DNA from: Halocafeteria seosinensis
Taxonomy: Eukaryota
Direction of reading: 5' to 3'
DNA: 64,000 bases
Assembly: GCA_001687465.1 (NCBI GenBank)
Contig: LVLI01000346.1
Coordinates: 1 to 64,000 of the forward strand
The notes below the pieces were generated by a model. The model ran no database searches, was not told the DNA's origin, and saw nothing but the letters and a program-made list of their open reading frames with translations. Numbering within the stretch: position 1 is the stretch's first letter; the number at the start of each line of letters is the position of its first letter. Both the position numbers and the translations under genes were made by a program. Below are positions 1 to 14,277 of the stretch, in pieces.

Positions 1-45
<45 letters not shown>
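1..45. repeat. (TA)n(TG)n compound microsatellite
   Basis: TA run followed directly by a TG run at the window start, with an N at position 48. Confidence 0.95.
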
Positions 46-369
46 TCNGAATATTACTGTTGAAAAAACGTGTAGGTTTGATGTGCGCATTACAGTAGTA
101 TTGCTCCTACCGGAAGACGTGTACTCTACAGGCAACGCTAGACCGCGTGTGGGGTGAACCCTATCCGAAACCGCTGCAACATCTTCACGTTGTGGCGCAA
201 ACTGTCTGTCCGTCATCAGCTTTCGAGAGTTCCGCATCTCCCTTGTTTTTCCTGGCAATTCTCTTGAGGAACTTGATCGCGTTTTCCCTCAAAGCCGCCA
301 ACATGAACATCTGAGTTCTGTGCCTAGCAGAGTTTCCAAGATATTTCCACATGACTTGGATGACTGGGT

Positions 370-1275
370 TCACGGCGATAGATCGTTCAACTGTAACAAC
401 CAGTGATAAATGTCGTACTCCTGGACAAGTAATCGGCCTAAATTCTCTCGGGCTCGTTTGGAAAGCTGCCGTTTAGTTTCACGCTTCACTCCCGAATGTC
501 TCGAGCTGTGGATACGTGTGTCCTTCAGTTCTACTCCGAGAACCGTCCGCACATCATTCTTCAGGTACTCCTGTCTCAGGACGTGAACTTGACAGGGGTG
601 TGTTTCCATCCAATGGCGGATACCGTTGATATAGTGAGCATAGCCTTGCTTGAAATGTTCAATACATCCGTTGATCCACATCGCTCGAGCATCTGAATTC
701 TTATCTAAGTCTTCGGCAAAGGCTTCGAACGACGAGTAGTACACAGAGACGCAGCTTCCAACAGGACACTTCAGGCATCGCCAGAGCGGCTTCTTCTTCA
801 CCTCGTTGAAATAGTAGACGTCCCAATACCAAGCGGAAATCAATCGATCGATGGGATCTCGGACAGTCACGATCAAATGATCATTCGTTTTTGGATGGCG
901 ATACTCCTCAACTGGCATACTGTTTCTTTTCTTGTGCACGTGAACTTGAAAACGGTACTGGAGCAGTGTCTTAATGGTCGCCCCGCCGCATTTTCCGATG
1001 TGAATCAGGACACGATTTGACGGTGCGACGTGGCTTACACTACGCGAACAAGAATTGTTGCGATGGAAGTACACCGAATTTTGTGGAACCGCCGCAATGG
1101 AGCGGTAAGCAGAAAGAGAGCAATTCTTCCCTCGGTTCTCACACGTTTTCACATCCGGTGCTACCTGCCCGGATGTATCAAGAACTGCAGTACCACGGTC
1201 AACGACGACTTTTCCAGCAAACAGTGCAATTGAGGAGATGCAGCCCAAAAGAATGACACTTCTAGCATCATGCAT
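370..1275 (-). CDS. Golgi-type sulfotransferase (Sulfotransfer_2-like), type II membrane protein
   Basis: 5'-PSB motif LIHIGKCGGATI, 3'-PB motif VTVRDPIDRLISAW, N-terminal hydrophobic anchor; intronless; first ATG at 1275. Confidence 0.8.
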   Translation of the reverse strand: MHDARSVILLGCISSIALFAGKVVVDRGTAVLDTSGQVAPDVKTCENRGKNCSLSAYRSIAAVPQNSVYFHRNNSCSRSVSHVAPSNRVLIHIGKCGGATIKTLLQYRFQVHVHKKRNSMPVEEYRHPKTNDHLIVTVRDPIDRLISAWYWDVYYFNEVKKKPLWRCLKCPVGSCVSVYYSSFEAFAEDLDKNSDARAMWINGCIEHFKQGYAHYINGIRHWMETHPCQVHVLRQEYLKNDVRTVLGVELKDTRIHSSRHSGVKRETKRQLSKRARENLGRLLVQEYDIYHWLLQLNDLSP

Positions 1276-2321
1276 CTCAAGGCAGCCGAGAGGTAGTACG
1301 GTCAAGCAGCTGGCTCAGCTGCTGGTTCAGCTGACCGGATCCAAGTGCTCATTGACACAAATACCAACAAGGTGAATTCTATCAGTTTCGCTTTCTCGTA
1401 TGCGTGTCAGGGTATTTACTAATTCTCAAACCAAATTCGCATCGGGATAGTGGCATACAATACCAAATTGTACTTGTACCGTCCTTGAAGTTGTCCAAGT
1501 GCTGTTCCATGAATCTGTTCCCTGGAACTTGCTGGCTGTGGTTGTTTGTGAAGGTTGGCAACTGGGCTTCAGTGGTTTCCGAAGTACGAACGCACAGGGC
1601 ATAGGACAGTATCGGAAAGTATGAGCGCCCAGCGCGAGGCACTGTAACACCAACGTGGTATTCTAAGGTACTTCTGGTGTCGGAGGAAACGGGTAGTCAA
1701 CAATTGTGGTAATACAATTGTACAACCATATGTTATGTTGTACATTCCTACCCCACAGAGTCCTTGTGGATCACAGAACACACTGTAGCATGCAATAGTC
1801 TATCGCTTGTATAATATAGCCAGTGTGTTCTGTTGACCACAAGTTGCAGCAGTTCGCGCGGGTGCGACCGGGCTGTCGCAGCTTGCGACCGACCGAATTT
1901 TGCCGCGCGTTCTTTTGGGGTGGGGAAACACAGGATCCCTTTTCCTCTGCATAAGTCACATCCTTCGGCTATGTTTGTTCACGAAGATAGTCTCAGTATC
2001 CTCCTATACTTGAATTCGATCGAGATTGCGTTCTATCACACCAAATAAGGAGCTGTCCGCATTGAGTGGGTTTAGTTTCCGTTGCGTGAGCACCGAGGTC
2101 AACTGAGAAAGGCGCGCTTGAACACAAACGATATATTCACACGAAACAAATACAAACGACTCGGAAGTCCAATTGGGAGATATGATCTCCTAACCTGTTT
2201 AACCACGATCAGTATTAGAGGAAATTATCGTGGAATACGCACACTGCCACCTAGGAAGTACGCCCGCCGTTGACCTAATTACCCGGACTCTTATACGAAC
2301 GAATACTGCAGCAGAAGCATC

Positions 2322-4070
2322 ATGACCGACCAGTACTGCCTCAACGTTAAGCAAAAGACGTTAGAGGGCTATACAACGGCACAGTCTCCTGGACCGGCGT
2401 ACTCTCCGAACTACGAACCAGCTTATCCGCGGAGCGCAACGTACAAGTTCGGCACCTCATCCAGGGACCCTAGAAGCTGTAAGTGTGATATTCATCTCTA
2501 TAATTTCAGTAGAAAGAGTTGTGACAATGTTCATATTTTCATTGCAGCTGCTTACGATGGGCCATCACCCGGAGAATACGACGTCGCCGGACGCCCAACC
2601 TCCGGCCACATAGTCTACGACAGCACGAAGCGGTCTACCTCCCAAACAAAGTTTGGTTCTTGTGAGTATGGTGGTGCTTGTCTTCTCAGCGAGTAGGCTG
2701 CTTTCATTACTATGAAGAGTGGGTCGTGCTAATGCAGCTGCGAGAGGTGATACGAAGGTCATAGATACTCCAGGGCCAGGGTCATACAATTATGATGGAA
2801 GCAAGGGCGGACGCCCTGTTTCCGCATACTCGCAGTGGCGTACACCTCCTGCCTACTCAATGGGGGGAAGAACGCAGTCTGAATCCCCTCGAAACACTCA
2901 AGGACCAGGCCCGGCGGATTATGGGGCTCGTACGTGTTGGTTTCTCGGTAAAGGGCAATATGTTCTGGTTCATTATCCTTCTGGTTTGCATCGATTCTTC
3001 CACAGCTAATGGTATCGGCAAGCAATCACTTTCCAACCGGCCCTCTTCGGCTCAGTACCGGTTTGGCTCAGGGAGTAGAGAAGGTCCTCCTGAAAGGGCG
3101 CGAAGTCCAGGACCAGTGTACGATGTCCCAGAATCTATTGGGAAGCAGGCTCTCTCTAGCAGGCGCACAAGCCCCCATAGCAAGTTCGGGACGAGCACCC
3201 GTGATGAGAGGAGAATCGAGGTAAGCGGATAGGTATGCCTCTTTCTGTTCACTTTGTTTCAACATCCTGTTTGGCGTGTGGATCCAGCATTCTCCCGCTC
3301 CCGGTGACCATGATTATAGAGAAAAGCCTGGTAAAAGCCTGTTTGGGAAGAATCCTCCATCATGGGGAATAGGCACTTCTAAACGCGGAGCAAACGACCC
3401 TCGTCCACAAAGCCCGGGCCCCAGTTATATGGTTGAAGGAGGAATCGGAAAGCAAGTCACATCAACACGGCCCAGCTCCGCAAACTACCGCTTTGGAACT
3501 TCATCCAGGGACTCTTCTCGTAAAACGTGGGAAACCCCGGGCCCGGGAGCACATATGTATGAAGAGGCCCCAGGAAAGAATTTGAGGGGGCACAATGCCC
3601 CCAACTACCGGTTCGGTTCGTCGAAACGAGATGCTGGTGGCCCACGATCTGAGAGCCCGGGTCCCCGATACAAGATAGACAGTAGACCTTCTTCACCTTC
3701 ATATAAATTTGGCTCCTCTACCCGAGACGAGGCGAAGAAAGCATCGGAGGGTCCAGGACCGGCCTCATACATGTTCGAGGAGCCGCCTGGGAAGAACTTG
3801 AAAGGCCAAAACGCGGCGACATTCCGTTTCGGTACTTCATCTCGTGATGGGCCGCGACGGTCAGATAAGGGCCCTGGTCCAGGAGGCTACGCTACCATGG
3901 CAGGTATAGGGAAACAACCTATTTCCACCAAACGGACCTCCTCGATGTCTAAATTCGGTTCCGCCAACCGGTTTCCTCAAAATAGGTCTTCGGAAACTCC
4001 ATCCCCTGCTGATTACTATCACGTTCCAAAGACTGCTCCGGGTCCAGCTTGGACCATGCTTAGTCGTTAA
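2322..4070 (+). CDS. SHIPPO/PG-rich repeat ciliary protein (ODF3/STPG-like), multi-exon
   Basis: More than 10 repeats of (S/T)PGP(G/A)xY alternating with Y/FKFGTSxR across ORFs 2322, 2719, 2792 and 3276, joined by GT..AG introns. Confidence 0.85.
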
Positions 4071-4121
4071 ATATGCTTCTGAAACATACCAATGGAACAC
4101 TGTGGCTCCTTGCTGCTGAAC

Positions 4122-7100
4122 CTAGTTGTCATTTTTCTGCTGTCCCACGATCTGCTCAATCGCGCTTTTCGGTCTCGCTGTCTCAGTTTCAGCATAAAGA
4201 GGAGAGATATCGTATTTTCCAAATATGGTAGCGCCCTTAAGTAGTTTTGCTGTCGCTTTGGCTCTTTCATCTTTATAAAAGACTTCTCTTGGCTGTCCGA
4301 CAAACTCGAAGATAAGTTTGATTACCCGTGAATGCAGGTGTAAGTAAGAGGCTTCAGGGTGGTAAGGGGGTCTAGCGTTGATGTCTTGCCGCACTATGGA
4401 CAGAGGGTTGGGCCACTCCTTCTTAGAATATTCCCGCGGAATTTGCGATTTCGCAGTAGAAATCGTTCTCTTTAAGTAGTCTGAGACTGACTTTGGTCGA
4501 TCCTCTTGGCGCCAACTACCGGCTGTGACACCTCTGGATTGCGCCTGCGTGTCAGTTGGCTTAGAGACCGAGAATCTACTTGAAGGCTTCTGTTCTGCCG
4601 CAGCCGTCTGGTACTCGTCCTCAGGCCTTTGTACACCAGAGTCACCCGGTTGCTCTTGACCAGCCTCCTCAATTACAACCTCGTCTCGGATCTCTTGAAG
4701 TTTCCCTACCGAGGAAGGGTGCTTCTTGAGGGAGAAAAGATCTCCGGTGCTCCAACTACTTGTCGTAGAAAGCGGACTGCCGCTGTCCTCCTGAATCGCA
4801 CCAGTCTCTCCGTTAGTGCCCAATAAGTTCAATTTTAATGAAGGAATAAGTTTTGGGGGTCTTCGGTACGGTACGCCCGAGAGTGTGTAACTAACGCCTT
4901 CGTTCTGTCCTCTCAGACTGGGAAAACGATCTGAAACTGCCCCATCGGTGAATGCCTGAGCCTGGGAAGCAATTTGAACAGCTTGCGCAAGAGACAAAGG
5001 ACCGTCTGGAATTGATGTTCGGAACACCTTTTCGGGTTGATATTGAGAAAATGGCGTAGCGGAACGAACTCCAGAACGGTTGCTGCCTAGTCTGCTTGTA
5101 GGACGATGGTACGAGAACCCAGATGCAGTGTATCCCGCATTTTGTTTCAGCTGGGACAGTGACTTCTGAGCCTTTCCTAGAACCTCTTTATGTTTCATGG
5201 TCAAAACAGCGTCCCTGAAGTCGCCGCTACCTGGTTTTATGGTTGCAGCGGCTTTCCCAACAAAAGCAACTCGCTCCGACGGGAGAACCATGTTGTCTTT
5301 GGCCTTATCACCGGGGGTCCACCGTTTTCTATATTCTTGATCTAGTTCTTCCAAGTTAGTTGCCTGAGAACGTCCGTGCCTTGAGTTCTGAGGATACCGG
5401 TATGGTGGCAACTCCGGAGTGGTCAGTCTTTCCCAGGTATTATTCCGCTGTTGTGTGACAAATGGATCCTCTTCAGCTCCACCGAAGAGAAATTTTCGAT
5501 TTTCCTCTATGGGGTGGTTTTCGTCAAGCTCGGTATATCCATCTTTTGTATACTCAACTTTTGATCCTGGTTCCACAGGGGGAAACTCGCCTGGATACAC
5601 AGGAAGTGTATCAATTCCAGCTTCCTTGGCCACTTTCTTTTCGCGTTCGATCACTTCCCTTCTCCTCATCCTCCTACCATCTGGGGAGAGACTGAGCTCA
5701 TACTGCTCTTCCAGTTCTTTTACTGTAGGTAGCAGTTCTTGTTTCAGTTCAGTTAAGTAGGATTCTTTTGCAGTACCAGCTATACTTCTGATAGCTTGTT
5801 TGCTAATACGCTTGTTTCCACCGGACGCAGGGTGCACCTCAGACATGGATAACCAGTAGGGGTCGTCATACTGTGGTCTATCGATTTCGATTCGCCTGGT
5901 TCGAGATCTCATCAGATGCTCTAAAGTCATCTCGGCTTCAATCAACTGCCCGAGAGTACCATTTCTATGCTCAAGCATCATTGATATCCACTGAACAACG
6001 TAGTCTTTAACTTCTTTCGCGTATGGGTGTGCTGTCGGAGAGCGGGAAAGAGCCTTGGTAATGGCGTTTTGGCCTGCAGGTCCAATCCAATTGCCTCTTA
6101 TGTCAAGGAAGAGAAGTGATACGTTGCACTCTACGGCGGCGGCAAACTCATAGATGACGTCATTTTGATGCTGCACGAAGGCTAGCGTTTGTGGTATCAA
6201 GCAGTTGTGCGAAATATCGAGGAATCGTAGTGTCATGTTGGAGCTCAGCGCTCGAGCAATATCGATCGCTCCGGCAGGGTTGAGTCCATCGTCGGTTAGT
6301 TGACAACGGCTCACATGAAGCTCTCTCAGTTTAATCAGGTTGCCCCTAAGTGCAGCAGCAATGATGAATGCACCGTCAACCCCCAAACTATTCTTCGAGA
6401 GATCGAGGCTGCATAAGGTACCTACTCGAGTTGCTCTCATTATGGATCTAAGGCCAACAGCCGTTATTCCTGTCTTTGCCAGCGTAAGCTTCCTCAAGTT
6501 GGACGAGTGCGACAAGAATTCAAACAAATACTCTGCACCATCATCACCAAGGGAAGCGTCTTGCAAGTTGAGCTCGATTAGATTCACCGGACTCCTGCCG
6601 TCGTGTCGCCGAGCCTCCATGCCACCTGCTACGGTTGTGTAATTTGAGTGAAGAGAACCAGCTGATTCCGGTCGCTGTGACCTTGACGTTGCAGTAGTGA
6701 CGCCACTCCTTCCAGATCTGTTTCTCTCCAGGGCGGTAAACGACCGCGAAATGTTTTCAGACTCTTCGTTCCCTGGCGGCCAATCTCCAGTGGCCTTCTC
6801 TTGGGCTTCCTCTCTTTGTCGCTCGAGTTTTTTCAATCGGACATAAGGTCTGTTATCACCAGGATACATGTCGGCGTAGAATGTGCCTCCCAGAAAGCCT
6901 GATGGTAACCGCCTTGTTCCGATTTCCATTAGTCGAATCGCAACATCCTTCGTCAACTTGCATCCGGTAAAATCTACGGTTTGAAGCGTTGTGTTCCTGC
7001 TCATTGCTCGAAGTAGTGGTTCGAGAGCTTCCTCTGAACAATCACGTAACAACTAATTGTTTGGTCTTTTTATCAGGAGTAATTGCTGTTTCAGTTCTGC

Positions 7101-8377
7101 AACGTACCATTTACTCTGTTTTTCCCGACCTTAAGGTTTTCCAGCGCACAGCCATTTTGTCTTAAGTACACGGCAATTGCTCGAAATCCTTCTTGTGACA
7201 GAGATCTCGTTGTTTCCTTGGCTTGGATCGAATCGAGTGTTGGGGGCTGAGCAATCTGCAACCACGGGAGATGAACCGTTAGCCTTGTTTAGAGTTCTTA
7301 TGATAAGTGTGTACAAACGCAACTCCCTACCTCTGTTGCTGCTAGATTTAGAATCCTCAGGGGAGCCTCAAAATCAAGCTCTTGCCGAGCTCTCTCGATA
7401 GCTTTACGTTGTGCAATGCTTTCGGTTGTGCTTACCCGTCGCTTACCCTGGGAAGAGCCCATTCTTGAAGCAACCGATTTCTTTGAAGATGAATTCGGCC
7501 GAGAGGTTTTAGCAGTGCTCTTTTTACCGGTAGTCTTTCCCGAACGAGTTGAATGCCGAGACGATCGCCTGGTGTCGGAACCACTTGCAGAGGATCTCCC
7601 CGAATTCACGCTAGAAGAACTGGAAAGTCTCCGAGTTCTGGTGCGTTCACCGCTATCACCTCCGGTTTTTTCAGTGCTCCGTACTTTTACTGATTCATCT
7701 GGTCCAAGATATGTCTCAGCGACGCTTTCCTCATAGGTGTCGTCATCTTCTGGACGGGGAGATGGGATATACTCTTTTCGGATGGCATCAAGCTGCCCTC
7801 GCAAAGCTTTCATGATTATGGTTACTCCTGTCGGACCAAGTGGGTTTCCTTCGAGATTTAATTCTCGCAGTGTGGTATTTTTCACCAACGCTTCCCCTAG
7901 AATAGATGCCTTAAGCTCATTGATGCGGCATCGAGAAAGTGACAGGGATTCCAGTCTGTCAAGGCAAAGGACCAGCATTAAAGTGAAGAAAAGAGGCTAT
8001 GCCGCAAAGGTTGGTAACGTACTGGAAATTGAATACGCCTGGCATAACTTTATTAGGTAAAGCATCGCACAACAATGTAAATTCTTCCTTCGTGAACTTC
8101 GTCCCCGACAAATCCTGTTCCACACCCTTGTTACTTCCGAAGGAAAACATCTGCTAGAAAGCTTCGTGGAGTGATACGTCAAAGAGTCGACTCTGAGTGA
8201 TACTGAACATACCCTTTTCTTTGTTGGAGTGTTGTTCTCCAGTTCCTCCCATCGGATCCACCATTTTCTTGCTGGGTCTGCATACTTTAGTTTCATACGT
8301 CGGAGAGACGCCAAGTGTTTCTGTTTGGTTTCGTCCTTCGAGGAAGTCCCAGAGAAGCTCGACCGAAATGTATCCAT
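4122..8377 (-). CDS. RNI-like leucine-rich repeat protein with long low-complexity C-terminus, multi-exon
   Basis: Repeats such as NTTLRELNLEGNPLGPTG, LCSLDLSKNSLGVDG, NMTLRFLDISHN; ORFs 7997, 7959, 7298 and 4122 join in frame through canonical introns. Confidence 0.8.
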
Positions 8378-8865
8378 TGTAAGTTTCGTAATATTACCAA
8401 CCAGTTCCTCATTACCCCTTTATGCAAACCCGTTGCACTCAAATCGATTGAGAGGTGCCCAATACTGGCCATACAGGGTTTACCGTTCCAGTTCAAAGCC
8501 TGTGGCTACACACAGTTAGGCTGAACGACTAAGACTCTAGTTCTCTGCTCTAGTCTTTCTCCCTTTCCATTCAGGTACATGCTTTCTGACATGAATAATG
8601 ACCCTCGCAGCATGACAATGACAAACCGGGTACAAACGATTGGCACAAAGCCTTGTGACAAAGGGCGCAACGTTCGTTCGTTGAAGTATGAGCGAACAAT
8701 CTTTGTGGCTACTCCATTTTGTCCCCTACAAGGCCGATTCTTCAGGCTCTATACGAGGCGATGACGGTATGTATTGGAACCAGACTAAGCTAGTCGTGGT
8801 CGTTATTCAACCCTAAAGGTATATCCGTCCTTGGAGTCACGCGGTTTAGCAAAGAAGCGTCTGAA

Positions 8866-11800
8866 ATGGCTTCGGAAGCACCTCAGGGCTCCGGGGCAGG
8901 AGTTTCAGGAAGCTCATCTTCCTCTTCCTCTGGTAAAGAGAAGAGAATAAACATGCTACTGAAGGCATTCAATCAGAATGAAAACGATGATTCAGTTTTG
9001 AACATGCTTCAGCGATGGAAAGACCTTCACAGCAATCCTTTAGTGAAAGTAAGTGTCACTGGTATCTTGGAGCCTGGATCATGATATGCACGAATGTATA
9101 ACACCATAACTTTCATTGTTTCTATGTTATTGTAATTGTGTTGCTCCCGTTTTGCCGTGCAGTCAATTCGAGCAGTGACACTGCTTCGCACGAACCAACG
9201 AACTCAGAGTTTGGAAGTTGTCAACCAACTACAAGTAGGAATTCAGCATGCCATTATTTCAACCACTCGTCGCCTCTTATTCTTCCCCCGGTGTTCTTGG
9301 CGGAACTTATGCAGACTGACCAAATCATAGGAGACGACCAAGTCCTAGACAATGTCCTCAGGGTTTATACGTCAACAGGCCACAACACAGAAGCAACTCA
9401 AGTACTAGAGAAAGCGCTAGAAAGCAAACCAAGTATGTACTTCATTCGCAACAACGCAGTGGACCGGAGCCCTGTGCAACAAAAGAAGGCGTGCTATTGC
9501 AGATGATACCCGCCTCTTGAGACAGTTATATTCCTGTCACCTGGCCATGGGAAACTTGCAGCAACAACAAAGGGCAGGTATGAAGCTGTATAAAGCGACG
9601 GAGGACCCGCTTTACATGGTCTGGGCAGCTTTAGCAATAGCGCTCCAATCAAAACGGTTGCATTGGGAAGAAGTTCGTGAAAATGCCCTGGACGATAGGG
9701 TGCTTGATTTGAATACAGGAAGTCCAAAAGCTCAACAGTCCCTGAAATTCTGCGTGGCGATGTTGGAAAAGGCTGTTCCCAATGGCAAAGTTACTCACTC
9801 CGAAGCTGTTGGTTTTTATTTGCATGTTCTTCGGCAGTCTGGAAAGCAGAAAGAAGCTCTGGATGCACTCAAAGGCCCTTGTAGAGAAATAAGGGATATC
9901 AAGAATATGAACTCAAAAAGAGAATCTGCTGATAGCATCCCTTCCATAAAGGAGCCTGTCAAATTTCTGCCCATTGATTACCTTAAAGAAGAAGTGGATC
10001 TCCTATGCTCCAATGCTCAGTGGGAACTGGCTTGGAAGAAGACGTGCCACCTATTGATTTGGCACGACAATGATGATTGGTCATTATTTCAAACGGTGGT
10101 AGAGTGCTGCTTTCAATATCTTCGAATGAATTGCGGCATTGGTGCCCAAGCGTTCCATGATCAGGAAAGGGACGTCATTGAGCAACTGCAACGGGAAGAA
10201 GAGTGTGACCAAAGCACCGTCGAACTGCCTCCAAGCATTGAACGATTGTACCCTTCGATTTCGAATACTAGGGCGGTGTTTACCTGTATCCAGCGCATGA
10301 CGCTACAAGAGAATGGAAAGAGAGCATGTTTAAGGGGTGCTTTTTTAGCGGAAATATTGCTGGAGGCCAGGGTTTTAGAGCATTCCCGGAGTTCCGTGTC
10401 GCAAGTACGAGAATCTTCAGTTTCTATCTGTTTGAAGGACGAAAACTTCTTGGATATTGTTTCTGCTCGCGACTACAAATTAACTTGCGATATGGAGGAT
10501 GCGCCTGAGAGCCAATCACTTTGTCATTTGATTGGCTGGATTAACCGATACCTGTCCCTATTTGGAGCTAAACCGTGTTGTTTCAGCGATCTCAGCAGTT
10601 TTCTTACTCCGTTTGTGGTTCCTGATTCTGGAGTCAGGGAAGAGCAGGGCTCACAACGACCATTGCATCCTCCGTTTCCCGAGTCGGTTCTAAGGCCCGA
10701 TTTTCCCAAGTGCAGTTTCATCAGTACTTCCTTCGCGCCTCTAAGGTTTTTTGATACTCATGGGTTTGGTAAAATCGGTGCCTTCCCAAATTTTGCTGTG
10801 AATCCTTCGAGCAGCAGCTCATTCCCGTGCTCCTTTGATTCTTCAGATACCCTTCGGCTGGAGGCTTCGGAAGCAGAGCGTAATAATTTCGTAGCTTTGC
10901 TGAGGATGCGAGCTGAGGACGTCGATCCAACCAACATCAAGCAGCTTCAACGCTTTATTACAGAGCAAAAGATACTTCAATTTACCAACGTGAACACACT
11001 GCGTGGCACCGGGGAAGACGGTGCCCGGAACCTTGTACGCTCTTACTGTGAGCTTTGGAGAAGGTTTACATCGCAGTCCGTCAATACTTCAGGCAGTTCG
11101 TCGGATTTCAGAGCCGGAGATGATCTTATCTTGCTAGCAACCGGATTGCTGGAGGCATTGGCTGTTCATTCTTATCAATCATCGAAGCGTTCGGAGACCC
11201 ACAGACTCTCTCTTCAGTATATCTTTGACTGTGTGAGGCTTACAGAGGTAGCCTATGCGTCGTCACCCAACAACTTTAATTTATGTCGGAAACTGCTTAA
11301 ACTATACGACTTACTCGGTGCTGTTGAGCCTTTTGGTAGACGATTTGAATGCCTGGGTGTCAAACATATTCAGTGGGAAAGCATGGGCCATCTACTTCTT
11401 TCGACAACTACTCGTCTGGGTTTCCATGATTATTCTCTTTTGGGGGTAGAGGAGATCTGCAAGGTTCATAGGGAAGAAAACCGCGAAACTTCCTTCTATA
11501 TGAAAAGGGCAATCGAGCACAACAACTATTCTACTGTCCTTGATTTACAAAGAATGCAAGAGCGTATGAAATTTTCTCTTTCCCGGAATGAGGCTAGGTC
11601 TTTGCGAGGCTTCTTGTCAAATCCCATGAAGAATGCCGCAGAAGTGCATCGATACCTGCGCTCAGTTCTGCTAGTCGGAGAATACCCGGAGTTATGCCCT
11701 GACATGGATGTGGGGAGAATGGATGCCCTTGCAGTAGACAACAGAGATTTCAGTCTATACATAAACAACTGGAATCCGCCGAACAATCGTCTACTTCACC

Positions 11801-12693
11801 AGCTGAAGAGTTATTACCGCGAAAATACAATTCTTCAAACCAGGCAGGTACAAGCTCTGCATTTCTGTGTTTTGTGGCTTCTAGAAGGAGATGTTAATGC
11901 TGCAACAACGAACATTGGTGTGTTGGAAGACGTTACAAAGCAGCTAGCAGGCATGTGGGGGAAATACCAGAAACTGTTCGAGTGCTCCTCCTCCTTTGTA
12001 CCGTATGAGTTGCTTCCTTTCGAGAACAATCTGGCGTACGTGGGTCGTTCGATGCGGGTGGATATAATGGAATGTATACTATCCTGCAGCCGGTTCGCGT
12101 TAGAGTGCCTCAAATATTCTAAGGACATGGTAGAGTCTAGTACTTTAGAGACGAGTGGAGAAGAGATAATGAGGCAAATATCGGAGATTGTGGAAGACCT
12201 ATCGGGTCATATTCTCACGGCTAACGGAGGCGAAAGCCTTAACTCTCCCAGCAAGTTCTGGGCTAAGTCTGCACTTGTAGTTACCATTCTTTTGCATTAC
12301 TCCGCTTTGTTTCTCTCTGCTGCCGTCCGTGTACTGCCTGTGTCCTCGAAGAAGCAGCAGAAGAAAAAATCGAAGCGCAAAGGGAACAAAGTGGATGATG
12401 CTAACCACGAAGGCAACAGCGCTGATCGAGTTTACAATACGATAAAGAAACTCAGCAGTATGGTGATGCAGGTCAGCAAAACGGTTCGTCGAGCGAAGAA
12501 CCTTTCTGAGCCTTCACTCTCATTTTTGGGAGAATCCCCTATTGTTGAACCCGTTCTACAAGAACATTTGAAAGAGCAACAGATGACAGAGAATGTAAAG
12601 TGTGATATAGCAAGTTCTTTCGAGAAACAGGGAAATGCTCTTCAGGCAATTACGGAAGAAATTGTATCTTACTTGAAAGCGGAGAAGTTATGA
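8866..12693 (+). CDS. NAA25: NatB N-acetyltransferase auxiliary subunit (NAA25/MDM20)
   Basis: QQQQRAGMKLYK, DDWSLF, RGAFLAEI, FGAKPCCFSDL, SPNNFNLCRKLLKLY, LGVKHIQWESMGH match MDM20-family motifs; three 5' introns. Confidence 0.9.
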
Positions 12694-12786
12694 CATATGG
12701 GTATACGATGAAGGAAATGTCGTTTGGCTATACTGTAGTTTTAGTAGTTGTAATAACTTCTTATGCCTCAAATGCCATCTGCACTT

Positions 12787-14277
12787 TCATGCAGACTCGC
12801 TAATCTCTGAAGAAAATGTATCTTCACTATATCCTTGGTGGCCATCCTCAGACGCCTGATCTAGAGAAGCGTCTCCTTGCTGGTACAGTGCGGCATTTCG
12901 ATCGGCGGTTTGCAAAAGCTCACTGATAGCGTTGGAGTTCTCAGCTGTTTGAATTATGGTTTCCTTAGGGCTAGGGTCGACGCGGTTTATTCCCGGTTCT
13001 GGAGCCGCAGCAGTAGAAGATTGCGGTCCCCTCGGATGCGTCTGGTCGGCTTTTTTAGTTGAGGCATCAGGATCTTGCCGGGTATGTCGATTAATTGCAG
13101 GGCTCCTTCCACTCGCTACATCTGAAGAAACAGCGGTGGTACCACGCGTTGACATAGTCTGACGAGAGTGTATTTCCTCTGAGGAACCATGCTGCATCCC
13201 TTGGGTTTCTGGGACCGCATGACCTCTACTACCGGCCACTTTAGCGTATGTGTTAGCCCCATCTAAACTGGTATGTTGCGAGCCTAAATTAGTTGATAGT
13301 GGCTTTTGCTGGGTTTTTGTGGGGCCAGAATAGTGTACTGCTCGATTTTGTATCGAATCAAGCGTTCCGCACTCGTGTGAAGACATGAAACGGGGATTCG
13401 CAACGGCATCGTTGTGAGCAGATGTCGGTCCAATGCTCCGCTTGGGTATGTTCTGCATTCCGCTACTTTGGTGGGTGGTAGATTCGCGGGTTTTCTTCTT
13501 TTGATGGATAACGGGTTCATAGCTCGTGTGCTGAAACTTTGGTCTGTTTTTATATCTTTCGGAAGTTCTCATGGACCCTTGTTCCGGTGAATGATGATTA
13601 GAATCAGAGGTAGAAATCTTTGGATTCTCTGTGTCCACTTGAGATGCCTCTTCGGACTCGTGGATCCTTGGAGCTGAATGTTGGTACTTGCTTTCTTTCA
13701 AAAGGGACAACACAATATACATCAGTGGCAGTCTACGTGAACGAGCTGTATCTTGAATTCCGAGCGTTTCAGTCATGTACTCTCGACTCAGTCCCTGTTT
13801 ATCTTGCTCCTTTCGGCCCGTTTCTGCGTTATCAATCAGGACAACAAAATTCTCTTGTCACAGGTTTATGCTCCTACTAACGTATCCTTAAGTGGTGGTT
13901 TCTTACCTGAGTCAAATACGGACAATGTCCCACGGTAGTCATGCCACGACAGATATTCCCTGAAGAGTTCGTCGGCCAATTCCGTATCATGGGGCTTTTC
14001 AGGCGCCGGGGGTAAATCCTGCAACAGAAGAACAAACAATTATCATTCATTATGCTTCGTTTGCGCCTCTGTATGCTACAGAAAGCCTACTTTATCATCC
14101 ATGGCTTCAAAAATTTCAGCTCGAAGTGTCGATTTCAGTTTATCCAGGACCCCATTGCGCTCCAAGGCGCTATACATAGCTGCAGTAGGGATACATATCA
14201 GCGTCAAACAAGCACCTGTGCAGTCGTATAGCCGATATACAGTGCATACCATCCTCTAGTTCGTCCACGGTTGTCAT
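12787..14277 (-). CDS. CEP20: FOP/LisH-domain centriolar protein (CEP20/FOR20-like) with long disordered tail
   Basis: Hand-spliced N-terminus missed by the ORF track: MTTVDELEDAMYSALERNGVLDKLKSTLRAEIFEAMDD..ADELFREYLSWHDYRGTLSVFDSETG..LSREYMTETLGI..LPLMYIVL; 3 introns. Confidence 0.8.

Noticed and set aside
3276..4070. Repeated DNA units resembling a repeat array
   Set aside because: They are protein-level SHIPPO repeats with synonymous divergence.
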